From Candidatus Pacearchaeota archaeon (GTDB lineage Archaea > Nanobdellota > Nanobdellia > Pacearchaeales > GW2011-AR1): a stretch of 56,930 nucleotides of DNA. Below, piece after piece: positions 34,278-43,206 of this stretch. The stretch spans positions 1 to 56,930 of the forward strand of contig JAGVWZ010000022.1 in NCBI GenBank assembly GCA_018304045.1. The letters run 5' to 3'. The first letter of the stretch is position 1. Every line of letters starts with the position of its first letter. Both the position numbers and the translations under genes were made by a program. The notes beneath the pieces were generated by a model. It worked only from the letters and a program-made list of their open reading frames with translations, searched no databases and was not told the origin of the DNA.

Positions 34278-34766
34278 ATGAAAAAAAAATTAGTTAATGT
34301 TGGATTGATATTATTTGTAATAGTTTTTAGTGTAGCTGTCTTTTTTTTGATTAATCTTGATTTTGGAAAAGAAAAAGTTGTTCTTGATTATCATAGCCCT
34401 TTGGATGTTCCAGATAGTGTGATAATGCCTGATGTAAGCCAGTCTTACAAGGATATTACTATAATTGAGGCTAAAAAATTAATTGAGAATAATAAAGATA
34501 ATTCTGATTTTGTAATAATTGATGTTTCTTCTAATTATAATTCAGGACATATTGTTAATGCAATTAATCATCCTATTGCAAATGGTTCTTTTTATAGGGT
34601 CATCAAGGATTTAGATAAAAGTAAAGATTATTTAATTTATTCAAGAAATGATGTGGATTCTTTAAAGGCAGTTGATGAATTGATAAATTATGATTTTGAG
34701 AATATTTACAGATTGAGAGGAAATTATGGTGCTTGGGTTGAGGCTGGTTTTCTTGTAGGGAGATAA
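34278..34766 (+). CDS. membrane-anchored rhodanese-homology domain protein (probably inactive)
   Basis: N-terminal TM segment. FVIIDVSSNYNSGHIVNAINHP is rhodanese-like, but the active-site position reads YLIYSRNDVDS, with Ser where Cys is expected. Confidence 0.55.
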   Translation: MKKKLVNVGLILFVIVFSVAVFFLINLDFGKEKVVLDYHSPLDVPDSVIMPDVSQSYKDITIIEAKKLIENNKDNSDFVIIDVSSNYNSGHIVNAINHPIANGSFYRVIKDLDKSKDYLIYSRNDVDSLKAVDELINYDFENIYRLRGNYGAWVEAGFLVGR

Positions 34767-34811
34767 TTATTTTTTTCGTGGAGTGTTTATTTATAGAATT
34801 TTATTAGTAGA

Positions 34812-35036
34812 TTAATTTCTAGATCGTTCATATTTACATCCAAGAGAGTTACATCCACATGGTACCTGAGTATAGTCTTGACATTGACATTCACACTTAG
34901 GTCCTGGATAGTTATGACATACACAATTAGCTATTGGATCTTTATCCATCAGTCTACATGAAGTAATTATCTGTGGTTCATTTAAAATAGCTATTTCTTC
35001 AAAATTTTCTAACCTGTCATTGGGTGCTGTTATCAT
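34812..35036 (-). CDS. Cys-rich candidate RiPP precursor peptide (74 aa, 9 Cys in the last 48 residues)
   Basis: MITAPNDRLENFEEIAILNEPQIITS looks like a leader. The core is CRLMDKDPIANCVCHNYPGPKCECQCQDYTQVPCGCNSLGC. It lies immediately downstream of the rSAM gene, preceded by a duplicated atataaaaa box. Confidence 0.6.
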   Translation of the reverse strand: MITAPNDRLENFEEIAILNEPQIITSCRLMDKDPIANCVCHNYPGPKCECQCQDYTQVPCGCNSLGCKYERSRN

Positions 35037-35096
35037 TATATTTTTTATATTTTTTATATTCTTAAATATTTAGGTTATTGCAAATATCTATTGTTT

Positions 35097-36458
35097 TCAT
35101 GGTTTTTGTACTTCTGTAGGTTTTTCTAATCTTTCATAGATTTCTTGTTTTAATAATTCTCTGTTTATTAGGCATCTTGGATTTGATGAGGTATCAAATA
35201 GATTTCTTGATTGTGAATAAGACTTTGCAGGACAGTCTCCAGAGCAGTTATACTTGGCAAAGCAATTTGAACAATGAGGTATATTATCAATAGTTCTTGA
35301 TTTAAGCAATCTTATTTTGTCTTGATGGAATCTAAAGGATTGTGTTGATGAATCATAACTTCCTATGTGGAACATACTAAAATCTGGATCTGTTTCTCTG
35401 GAAGTTTCTGGACAAGTTATTACATTTCCATTAGGATTAACAAAAAAATTTTCTCCAGATGCTCCGCAGAAAGAGGTACTTAGGCAGTTTATTCTTGCTC
35501 CGGAGTAATAGATTTTAATTCCTAATTTCTTGGCAGTCTCTCTTGCTTCTAAAAATCTTTTTAAGAAAGTTTGCGGTTCTGGTGCTTTTGCATTTGTTGT
35601 TTTACATCTTCCACATTCAAATAAGGGTTCTACGTGAAAGGAATCACTTGTTGATATTGAATGAAAAAATTCAATTATTTCTGGCATCCTGTCAACACTT
35701 TCTGCGGTTATTGTAGCTCTTATTCCATATTTGAATTTTTTCCCTTCTAAATAGGTAATTGTTCTCATGACATCCTCATAGGAAGGCAAGTTTCTAGGTT
35801 TTGGTCTTTGGGAATTTTGAATATCTTCTGGACCATCTAAAGAAATGTTTAAGTGACTGAAAGTTTGAACTATCCACTCTAAATCTTTTTGATTCATAAC
35901 ACCATTTGTTACACTTCCTACAGTGTATTTTAGTCCTGATTTTTCTGCATTTTTTCTGAAATAGTCCAAACTTCTTTTGATTAATTCCATATTAGCTGGT
36001 AAGAATGGTTCACCTCCTCCATGAAATTCTAAACCAGTTTCTCCTGTTTCTAATCTCTTTGCATTTTCAATAGCTAGATTTATTGCAGATTTTGCAACAT
36101 TGAATTCCATAATTTTAGTTGGACTTTCTCCGCCATTTGAATAACAATAAACACATCTAAGATTACAGTTATAGGTGGGGATTAGTGTTGCATAAGTTGG
36201 AGAATAAATCTCTCCATTACCTCCTTTGAGTTTACAATCTAAAGATGATGGTTCTTCAGTTTTATCCTTAATAATTCCAGATCTCTTTAAACATTCTACT
36301 AATGCTTGCTCTTGTTCTGTGCAAGCTTTCCTGTCTCTAATTTTTCTGAGAATGTCTATAACTCCTGAACTAACTTTTAAAGCAGTATTATCCAATGGAG
36401 CATAAAGAATAAAATCTCTTTCTTGAGGTAAAACAAACAATTCTCTTGTTAATTGCAT
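35097..36458 (-). CDS. radical SAM enzyme with a SPASM domain (peptide maturase-like)
   Basis: CxxxCxxC appears as YNCNLRCVYC. The SPASM cysteines appear as CGASGENFFVNPNGNVITC and CSNCFAKYNCSGDCPAKS...NPRC. Confidence 0.85.
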   Translation of the reverse strand: MQLTRELFVLPQERDFILYAPLDNTALKVSSGVIDILRKIRDRKACTEQEQALVECLKRSGIIKDKTEEPSSLDCKLKGGNGEIYSPTYATLIPTYNCNLRCVYCYSNGGESPTKIMEFNVAKSAINLAIENAKRLETGETGLEFHGGGEPFLPANMELIKRSLDYFRKNAEKSGLKYTVGSVTNGVMNQKDLEWIVQTFSHLNISLDGPEDIQNSQRPKPRNLPSYEDVMRTITYLEGKKFKYGIRATITAESVDRMPEIIEFFHSISTSDSFHVEPLFECGRCKTTNAKAPEPQTFLKRFLEARETAKKLGIKIYYSGARINCLSTSFCGASGENFFVNPNGNVITCPETSRETDPDFSMFHIGSYDSSTQSFRFHQDKIRLLKSRTIDNIPHCSNCFAKYNCSGDCPAKSYSQSRNLFDTSSNPRCLINRELLKQEIYERLEKPTEVQKP

Positions 36459-36558
36459 AATATGGAGTAATCCAGTTAGTTTAAAAGTTTTTATTAATTT
36501 ACTATTATATAGTTGTAAAACAATAAAACTTAAAAGACTGGTTTTGTTTTTTAATTTT

Positions 36559-37187
36559 ATGTCAAATTTATTAGAAATTCCTTTTTATGTAAGTGAAGGA
36601 AGTAGATGTGCTCAGGCGGCTTTAAGATCTGTTTTAGCTTACAAAGCTGTTAAAAAAATTATCCTGAATTAGATAAATTATTTGGCTCAAATGGAGAAAA
36701 TTCGATTTCTATGTTTCAGATTGCTTCTGCTCTTAATGAATTAGGTTTTGGTTTTTATTATCCTGTTAGACCTTTTTTTCAAGACATTTCTTTTAATGAA
36801 CTGGCAAGTAGAATAGAAAGAGAATATTGCGAGAGAATTTCAAAATATTTTAATAGAGACTTATTAAAAAAATCTTTTGATACAGTTAGAATTAAAGGAT
36901 TATTTGAAGTTAGAACACAAAGGCCTTCTTTAGAAGAGTTAATGAAATTTATTGAACAAGGGAGAGCAGTTATTTGTATGATTAGTTATGACAAATTGAC
37001 TGACCAAACTTTAGGTATATTAAAACAAAATGGACATTATATAACTTTGACTGGAATGGGCAAGAATTTTGTTTATGCTCATGATTCTGGACCACAGGGT
37101 GCAATGCCTAATAGGCCTATAAGAAAAAATAAATTTATAGGTTGTTGGGATTTTAATTTTTTTGATTGGGATTTGATTGTTGTTTAG
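36559..37187 (+). pseudogene. C39-like papain-fold cysteine peptidase, frame-disrupted in an A7 run
   Basis: The upstream frame reads MSNLLEIPFYVSEGSRCAQAALRSVLAYKAVKK and carries the catalytic Cys context. The frame breaks at aaaaaaa (36652-36658). The downstream frame reads NYPELDKLF...NGHYITLTG...YAHDSG, carrying the His and Asp. Confidence 0.5.
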
Positions 37188-37189
37188 AA

Positions 37190-37696
37190 TTATTTTTTCT
37201 TGATTAAATCCATCATTGATTTTCTTTCAAATTTGATTATTTCTCCTGAATCTGCGTTAACTAATATGTGGAGAATTATTAGTCCATCAAGCATTGCAGT
37301 TATGTTCCAGACTTGTTTTCCTTCATGTTTTTGAAGAACAGATATTGCTTTATTGTATTTTGCAGCTATTCCTTCATCTAATGTTCTTGTTTTTGCAATT
37401 CCAATTGCATCTTCTGCATCTACTTTTATATTTGGATTTATTGTTTGAAGTTCTGGAAATTTTGTTCCTTCCACTTCTACTAATTTATCTTCCTGTATTT
37501 TAATAGAGTCATCATCTCTTAATGAGCAGGTAAATATCTTGTCTCCTACTTTAAAATCAATGCTTCTTTTATTGTCATTTCCAAAAAAATCAATTATAAA
37601 AAATCCTGCACACATTTCTGCATCTGGATTTTTTTCTTTGAAGTTGATGAATTCTTCTGATAATTCCAAAATTTCAAGTGTTTCTTTTATACCCAT
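37190..37696 (-). CDS. hypothetical protein (weak PepSY-like C-terminal pattern)
   Basis: An intact 168-aa ORF. The DAEDAIGIAK...VWNITAM...VNADSGEII pattern is only suggestive. Confidence 0.3.
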   Translation of the reverse strand: MGIKETLEILELSEEFINFKEKNPDAEMCAGFFIIDFFGNDNKRSIDFKVGDKIFTCSLRDDDSIKIQEDKLVEVEGTKFPELQTINPNIKVDAEDAIGIAKTRTLDEGIAAKYNKAISVLQKHEGKQVWNITAMLDGLIILHILVNADSGEIIKFERKSMMDLIKKK

Positions 37697-37947
37697 TTTT
37701 TGTTATTTTCCATACATTTAAATATTTCCCATTATATATTTTATTGAGTATCAATTGATTAGTGGTCATTCCGTTTGAATCCTTTTTCTTTATCATTTTA
37801 TTGTTTAGTTTTATGTTTATTATTAGTAGCTAATGTAAAATGAGGTTAAGTGGGCAGATTTGTTGTCAATTCTATTTACCCAATTATTCATACTACTTTT
37901 TTTATAAATATTAATAATTTGAGGGGTTTATTAAGATTATGGTGGGA

Positions 37948-38568
37948 TTATTTTTTATAATCTTTTCTTAATAAACCATAAAAATTTGCATCATGCCATT
38001 GGCCTGTGGATTTTGCTCTGTGACATCTTTGGCTTGTTCCTTCGTATTTGAATCTTAGACTTTTAATAAGCCCATTTGAAGGAATATTTTTTGTAAATGC
38101 TTCTATATCTATTCTTGTTAAACCTAATTTATTAAATGCAAAATCTATCATTGCTCTTGCTGCTTCACTCATTATTCCTTGTCTCCAATAATCTTCTCCA
38201 AGCCAATAACCCATTGTTGCTTTTCCTACAAATCTGTCTATTTTGCAAAGACCAATTCCCCCAATTAATTCATGGGTTGATTTTAATTCAATTCCTAAAT
38301 CATAATTTTTACGAGGTCTTTTTCTTGCTTCTCCCTGATTATGATGCACCCAAAATTTAGCATCTTTTTTATGGTAAGGATATGGAACTAATGAAAGATA
38401 TCTTGAAACATTTAAATTATTTATATTTGCAACTAGGTTTGCTATGTCTTTTTCTTGAAATTCCCTTATAACTAATCTAGGGGTTACAATTCTCATAGTT
38501 ATTGTTAGAAATAATGGGTTTTTAGATTTTTTGATTTTATCTTGCTTTTTTTGCAGGAACTTTGCCAT
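37948..38568 (-). CDS. GNAT N-acetyltransferase (RimJ/RimL-like)
   Basis: RLVIREFQEKD..., YWLGEDYWRQGIMSEAARAMIDFAF and RIDIEAF..N..S are present. The true start is probably M25 (38496), which removes the overlap with 38537-38722. Confidence 0.75.
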   Translation of the reverse strand: MAKFLQKKQDKIKKSKNPLFLTITMRIVTPRLVIREFQEKDIANLVANINNLNVSRYLSLVPYPYHKKDAKFWVHHNQGEARKRPRKNYDLGIELKSTHELIGGIGLCKIDRFVGKATMGYWLGEDYWRQGIMSEAARAMIDFAFNKLGLTRIDIEAFTKNIPSNGLIKSLRFKYEGTSQRCHRAKSTGQWHDANFYGLLRKDYKK

Positions 38569-38722
38569 AGCGTTTTATTCTCGCTTTTCTATAGCCAATG
38601 GCTTTTTTATAGGAATCAATCTCTTCTTGAGTTCTTATTACTATTTCTTTTTTTGGAGTTATTTTTTCTGAGAATACAAGTGGGAGATTTAAGTTTGGTT
38701 TTGGGAGTTTTTTAGGCGACAT
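38537..38722 (-). CDS. small basic protein, unknown
   Basis: 61 aa and lysine-rich. Coding status is uncertain. Confidence 0.25.
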   Translation of the reverse strand: MSPKKLPKPNLNLPLVFSEKITPKKEIVIRTQEEIDSYKKAIGYRKARIKRYGKVPAKKAR

Positions 38723-38772
38723 ATGTTTTAGAATAAATAATAGTTTTTAAACTATCTTTAATTGATAAAATA

Positions 38773-39696
38773 ATGCCAGATAAAAGCGAAGTATTAAAAA
38801 TAGTTGATAGATTACATCAATCTCCTGATATTCCTTGCTTTGAAGAATTAATGAGAAGTCATAAATATGATTTAGTGTGGGCTGGAAGATGGTTTGATGG
38901 TGAAGTTAGAGATAGGACCTTGGAAATAAAAAGGAGAGCACTTTCTAAGTCTTTGAATGATTTATCTCAAAGAGCAGATATGCATACTGTGAAATTTAGA
39001 GAAAATTTTCCTCAACTTTATGATGCTGCAAGAAGATTATATGATACTGGAGTTGGATGTGATTTTTGGGGAAAAGCATTATTCTCAGCTGGAATTGAAT
39101 CACCAAAAAATTGCAGAGAGTGGAAACTTAAACTGCTCTTTCAAAGATTAAGAGAATTAGGCGATAAACCTGAAGATTTTGTTCATTCTCGTGTTTATGA
39201 AAAAGATTCTTATCTTACAATGTATGCTAGAAAGTGCTTTGAAACATTTGGTAAAGCAGTAATGCTTATAGGTGTAGATTTTTTATCTCTCCCAAAAGTA
39301 AGTGGACCAAAATTAAAACTTAAACATAGATTTTCCGATAATGATTTTAGATTGATACTCAATGATTCTAGTTTAAAAAGTGAAGAAAAAGTAAGAGCTT
39401 TATTTTATGGATTAGCATTGCAATATTATGATTTAGGACAATGGAGAAGTTATCAGGGAAAGACTTTTGAAGCAAGTAGTTTTTTTCATTTATGTGATAG
39501 GAGTCAGGGGTATAAAAACAGAGTTAGAATTAAACTTTTAAGACATCAAATGGATGAGGATAATAGAAAAGTAACTTTAGAATTAGATCAAAGAGTTCAA
39601 GCGAGATTCAATGGAGTTCAGTTTAGATTTCAAGGTACTGAATCTTATTCTGATTCTTTAAGGTTATATGAAGGAATAGAGGGTTTATTGAAGTAG
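38773..39696 (+). CDS. hypothetical protein
   Basis: An intact 307-aa ORF with no motif recognised. Confidence 0.3.
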   Translation: MPDKSEVLKIVDRLHQSPDIPCFEELMRSHKYDLVWAGRWFDGEVRDRTLEIKRRALSKSLNDLSQRADMHTVKFRENFPQLYDAARRLYDTGVGCDFWGKALFSAGIESPKNCREWKLKLLFQRLRELGDKPEDFVHSRVYEKDSYLTMYARKCFETFGKAVMLIGVDFLSLPKVSGPKLKLKHRFSDNDFRLILNDSSLKSEEKVRALFYGLALQYYDLGQWRSYQGKTFEASSFFHLCDRSQGYKNRVRIKLLRHQMDEDNRKVTLELDQRVQARFNGVQFRFQGTESYSDSLRLYEGIEGLLK

Positions 39697-39697
39697 A

Positions 39698-39844
39698 TTA
39701 TAATTTTTCCTTAACTTCTTTTTCTATTTGTTTTATAAAAGTTTCTTTTTTTATTTGTGTAACTTTGTTATCTTTTCTTACTGCAAGATTTCCGGATTGT
39801 TCTTCTTTATAATAAGAAGATTTATATTCTCCAATTAATATTAT
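39698..39844 (-). pseudogene. displaced 3-prime fragment of thrS (48 codons plus stop)
   Basis: Hand translation gives IILIGEYKSSYYKEEQSGNLAVRKDNKVTQIKKETFIKQIEKEVKEKL-stop. This aligns with the live ThrRS C-terminus IIVIGNKEEMEGTLAVRRNGKIVNMKKEEFIKKLTEEINNKN. A TAG stop lies immediately upstream. Confidence 0.75.
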
Positions 39845-39849
39845 CTAAT

Positions 39850-40980
39850 ATGGAAATTAATATTCTGCATTATCTGCCTGAAAATACAAAAATAAAATTA
39901 GATAAAATTCTAATTGATAAATTATTTTATGGAAGAAGCTTAACTAGGTGGAGCAGATTTTTAGGAATTTCTTTAAAAAATTTAAGCAGATATAAAAATG
40001 GTTCTAGAGCGGTTCCTCTTGATTTATTTAATAGATTAGTTGCTTTACTTAATTTAAATTTAATAGACTTTCAAAATAATATCCAACTAAAGATAAATTC
40101 CACGGGAAATTATATTAAACTAGGCCCCATTATAGAAATAGATGAAAAATGGGTTTATGTTTCTGAATTGATAAAAGGTGATGGACATATACCCTCCAAG
40201 TTTCATTATTTAGTTTTAGTTAATAATAATAAGGTCCTTATAGATTATGTAAAAGATTTTTTTATTTCATTAGGGCTTGATAAGAAACATTTGTTTATTT
40301 ATAAGAAAGATGATGTAAATTTTCTTATAATTCGTTCTTATTTATTAGCATACCTCTTTAATAAAATTTTAGAGGTTCCTGTCGGTAAAAAAAATGAGAT
40401 TAATATTAGTGATTTTGTAATGAAAAATAGAAGTTTTGGAATTGCAGCTATAAGGGGGGCTTTTGATGCAGAAGGAAGTGTAAATTTTATAGGTTCCAGA
40501 AGTATTACTATTTCTTCTCAGAGTTTAATTTGGATAAATAAACTTCAAAAAATATTAGATATTTTAAAAATAAAATCTAAGATCTATAAAGAAGAGAAAA
40601 GTAGGTCTAGGCCAATTTATAGATTAACTATTCATCATATTATTAATCTTAAAAGATTCTACAGAATTATTAAACCTCTACATAGTAAAAGGCAAGATAA
40701 ATTAAGAAAAATTATAACCGAGTTTAATAAAAATCCTTCAAGAATTTTTCATAAGAAAATATTGTTGTCAATCCAATCAGGTAATTACAGAAGAAGTGAT
40801 ATTGCTAGAGATATTAATAAAAGTTTAATTTTAGTTAGTAATAACATCGCTTATCTAAAGGAAAAGGGGTTCATAACTCCATTTGAAAAAAATTATACAA
40901 ATATTGGTTGTTATTTTAAATATAAAATGACTGATAGCGGTATTAAGTATCTAGAAGAAGGAGAATCTTATTATTTTTAA
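39850..40980 (+). CDS. free-standing double-motif LAGLIDADG homing-endonuclease-like protein with HTH domains
   Basis: SELIKGDGHI and AAIRGAFDAEGSV are the two LAGLIDADG-type motifs. There is an N-terminal XRE-like HTH and a C-terminal wHTH-like region. The line at 40201 is about 17% GC. Confidence 0.7.
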   Translation: MEINILHYLPENTKIKLDKILIDKLFYGRSLTRWSRFLGISLKNLSRYKNGSRAVPLDLFNRLVALLNLNLIDFQNNIQLKINSTGNYIKLGPIIEIDEKWVYVSELIKGDGHIPSKFHYLVLVNNNKVLIDYVKDFFISLGLDKKHLFIYKKDDVNFLIIRSYLLAYLFNKILEVPVGKKNEINISDFVMKNRSFGIAAIRGAFDAEGSVNFIGSRSITISSQSLIWINKLQKILDILKIKSKIYKEEKSRSRPIYRLTIHHIINLKRFYRIIKPLHSKRQDKLRKIITEFNKNPSRIFHKKILLSIQSGNYRRSDIARDINKSLILVSNNIAYLKEKGFITPFEKNYTNIGCYFKYKMTDSGIKYLEEGESYYF

Positions 40981-42707
40981 TTTTTATTATTTATCTCTTC
41001 AGTTAGTTTTTTAATAAACTCTTCTTTCTTCATATTGACTATCTTTCCATTTCTTCTCACAGCAAGAGTTCCTTCCATTTCCTCTTTATTACCGATAACT
41101 ATTATTACATTAATCTTTAGTATTTCTGCTGCTTTTATTTTGCCACCAATTGGTTCTGATTTTATGTCAGTGTCAACTCTGAAGCCAAGTTCATTTAATT
41201 CTTTTTCTAATTTTTCACAGGATTTATTGTTTTTATCTGTAAAATTAATAATTCTTATTTGTTTTGGAGCTAGCCATAAAGGAAGGTGGCCGTTTGTATG
41301 TTCAAGCAAGATTCCTGTGAATCTTTCTAAAGAACCTAGAACTGTTCTATGAAGCATTACAGGTCTTTTTTGTTGATTATTTTCATCATTGTAAGTAAGA
41401 TCAAATCTTTCTGGCATTGCAAAATCAAGTTGTATTGTTGCTGTTTGCCAAGTTCTTCCTAAGGAGTCTTTTATATGAAAGTCTATTTTAGGGCCATAAA
41501 ACGCACCATCTCCTTTATTTATTTTAAAATTCATTTTTTTCTTTTTTAATACATCTTCAAGAACTTTTTCAGCTTTATCCCATAATTTTTCTTCTCCAAT
41601 TCTTTTTTCAGGTCTTGTAGATAGTTCTACATGGTCAAATTCTATATTTAATTTTTTATATATTCTTGTATTTAAATCAATTATATTGATTATTTCTTGT
41701 TCTAATTGTTTTTCTGTGCAATAAATATGAGCATCATCTTGTGTGAATTGAATTACTCTAAATAATCCCCCTAAAACTCCGGATAATTCTTGTCTATGCA
41801 CAATTCCAAGTTCTGCTGCTCTTATTGGTAAGTCTTTGTAAGATTTTGGGTTTGTTTTATAGATTAGCATTCCTCCTGGACAGTTCATAGGTTTTACTGC
41901 AAAAGTTTTTTTTTCATATTCTGTTAAAAATATGTTTTCTTTGTATTTTTCCCAATGTCCTGATATTTGCCATAATCTTTTGTCAAGTATTTGTGGTGTT
42001 AATATTTCTTCATAGTCTGCTTTTCTATGTTCTTCTCTCCAAAATTCAATTAACTTGTTTCTTATTATAAGTCCATTATTATGCCAGAAAACCATTCCAG
42101 GTGCTACTTCATTAAAGGAAAATAAGTCCATTTGTTTTCCTATAATTCTATGGTCATTTTCTTTTAATTCTCTTGTATCTAATTTTGATTTTGATATTTC
42201 TCTTAGTAGTTGTTTATAGTCTATTACTTCGTCTTTTGATATTAATGATTTTTTAGATGCGTCTTCTTTTGAATTTACATTTTCTCCAATTGATCTTGAT
42301 AATTCTGACAAAGGATGTCCTTTGCATTTTAATTCAAACTCTTTATAATAACCAAATGGAGCTCGTGTAACTTTTATGGTTTTATCTTTAGAAAGTTCTT
42401 TTTCAGCTTGCTCTAATGTTTTTAATGCAAAGTCTGGTTTACTTAGGCTGGGTGAGAGATGGGCATAGGGATAAAGAACAATATGAGTTGCATTAACTTG
42501 AGAAGCAAGAGAGATTATATTTTCAACATATTCTTTAATAATATTTGTATTTTGTTCATCTTGTTTTTCAACAGCTGTTAATATTACTAACGGGTCTTTA
42601 ACTGTTATTTCTTTTTTTCTTTCTTCTGATAGTTCTTCTGGTTGATTTAATGCCTTTTTCAGAGGTTTAAATTTTATGTAATCACAATGCAAAGATAGGA
42701 TTTTCAT
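40977..42707 (-). CDS. thrS: threonine--tRNA ligase, archaeal type with an N-terminal DTD-like editing domain
   Basis: 576 aa. The N-terminus MKILSLHCDYIKFKP is the archaeal editing domain. Class II core motifs (FRVIQFTQDDAHIY, GAFYGPKIDF, HRTVLGSLERF) and an anticodon-binding C-terminus are present. Confidence 0.9.
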   Translation of the reverse strand: MKILSLHCDYIKFKPLKKALNQPEELSEERKKEITVKDPLVILTAVEKQDEQNTNIIKEYVENIISLASQVNATHIVLYPYAHLSPSLSKPDFALKTLEQAEKELSKDKTIKVTRAPFGYYKEFELKCKGHPLSELSRSIGENVNSKEDASKKSLISKDEVIDYKQLLREISKSKLDTRELKENDHRIIGKQMDLFSFNEVAPGMVFWHNNGLIIRNKLIEFWREEHRKADYEEILTPQILDKRLWQISGHWEKYKENIFLTEYEKKTFAVKPMNCPGGMLIYKTNPKSYKDLPIRAAELGIVHRQELSGVLGGLFRVIQFTQDDAHIYCTEKQLEQEIINIIDLNTRIYKKLNIEFDHVELSTRPEKRIGEEKLWDKAEKVLEDVLKKKKMNFKINKGDGAFYGPKIDFHIKDSLGRTWQTATIQLDFAMPERFDLTYNDENNQQKRPVMLHRTVLGSLERFTGILLEHTNGHLPLWLAPKQIRIINFTDKNNKSCEKLEKELNELGFRVDTDIKSEPIGGKIKAAEILKINVIIVIGNKEEMEGTLAVRRNGKIVNMKKEEFIKKLTEEINNKN

Positions 42708-42801
42708 AAATTAGATAGAAATATGGCGTTTATAAAATCTTTGATTTTTTATAATTGGTATTTTGGATAAGCCTTAAATATATATAAAACCCTGTTAATG
42801 T

Positions 42802-43206
42802 ATGGAAAAGAGAGATAAAAAACAAATAAATAAATATAATTTTAATATGTTTGTTTTATCTGTTTTATTTGGGTTGTTTATGGTTTTTATCATACTTCTT
42901 TTATTAAAGTATGATGATTTTATTAAAATAAGAATTCTTAGATTTATTGTTTATAGCTTAACTTTGCTGATTCCTACTGTTATTTTTTCTATTTTACAAG
43001 GTTTATTTAGTTTTACTGAATTAACTTTATCTGAATCTTCTTATTATGTTATTGCTTTTATTTTTTATTCTTGTTTTTTTTATATTTTTATATTAAGATG
43101 TCAAAAAAAAGATTCTTTTTGGTGTCTTGTTAAACTTGGAATAGGTATTTTATTATTTTTAATTGCGTCTGTTTCATTATTGGCTATTGCTGGAGGAGGA
43201 TTATGA
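42802..43206 (+). CDS. polytopic small membrane protein
   Basis: Four hydrophobic segments. It overlaps the next gene by 4 nt. Confidence 0.4.
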   Translation: MEKRDKKQINKYNFNMFVLSVLFGLFMVFIILLLLKYDDFIKIRILRFIVYSLTLLIPTVIFSILQGLFSFTELTLSESSYYVIAFIFYSCFFYIFILRCQKKDSFWCLVKLGIGILLFLIASVSLLAIAGGGL

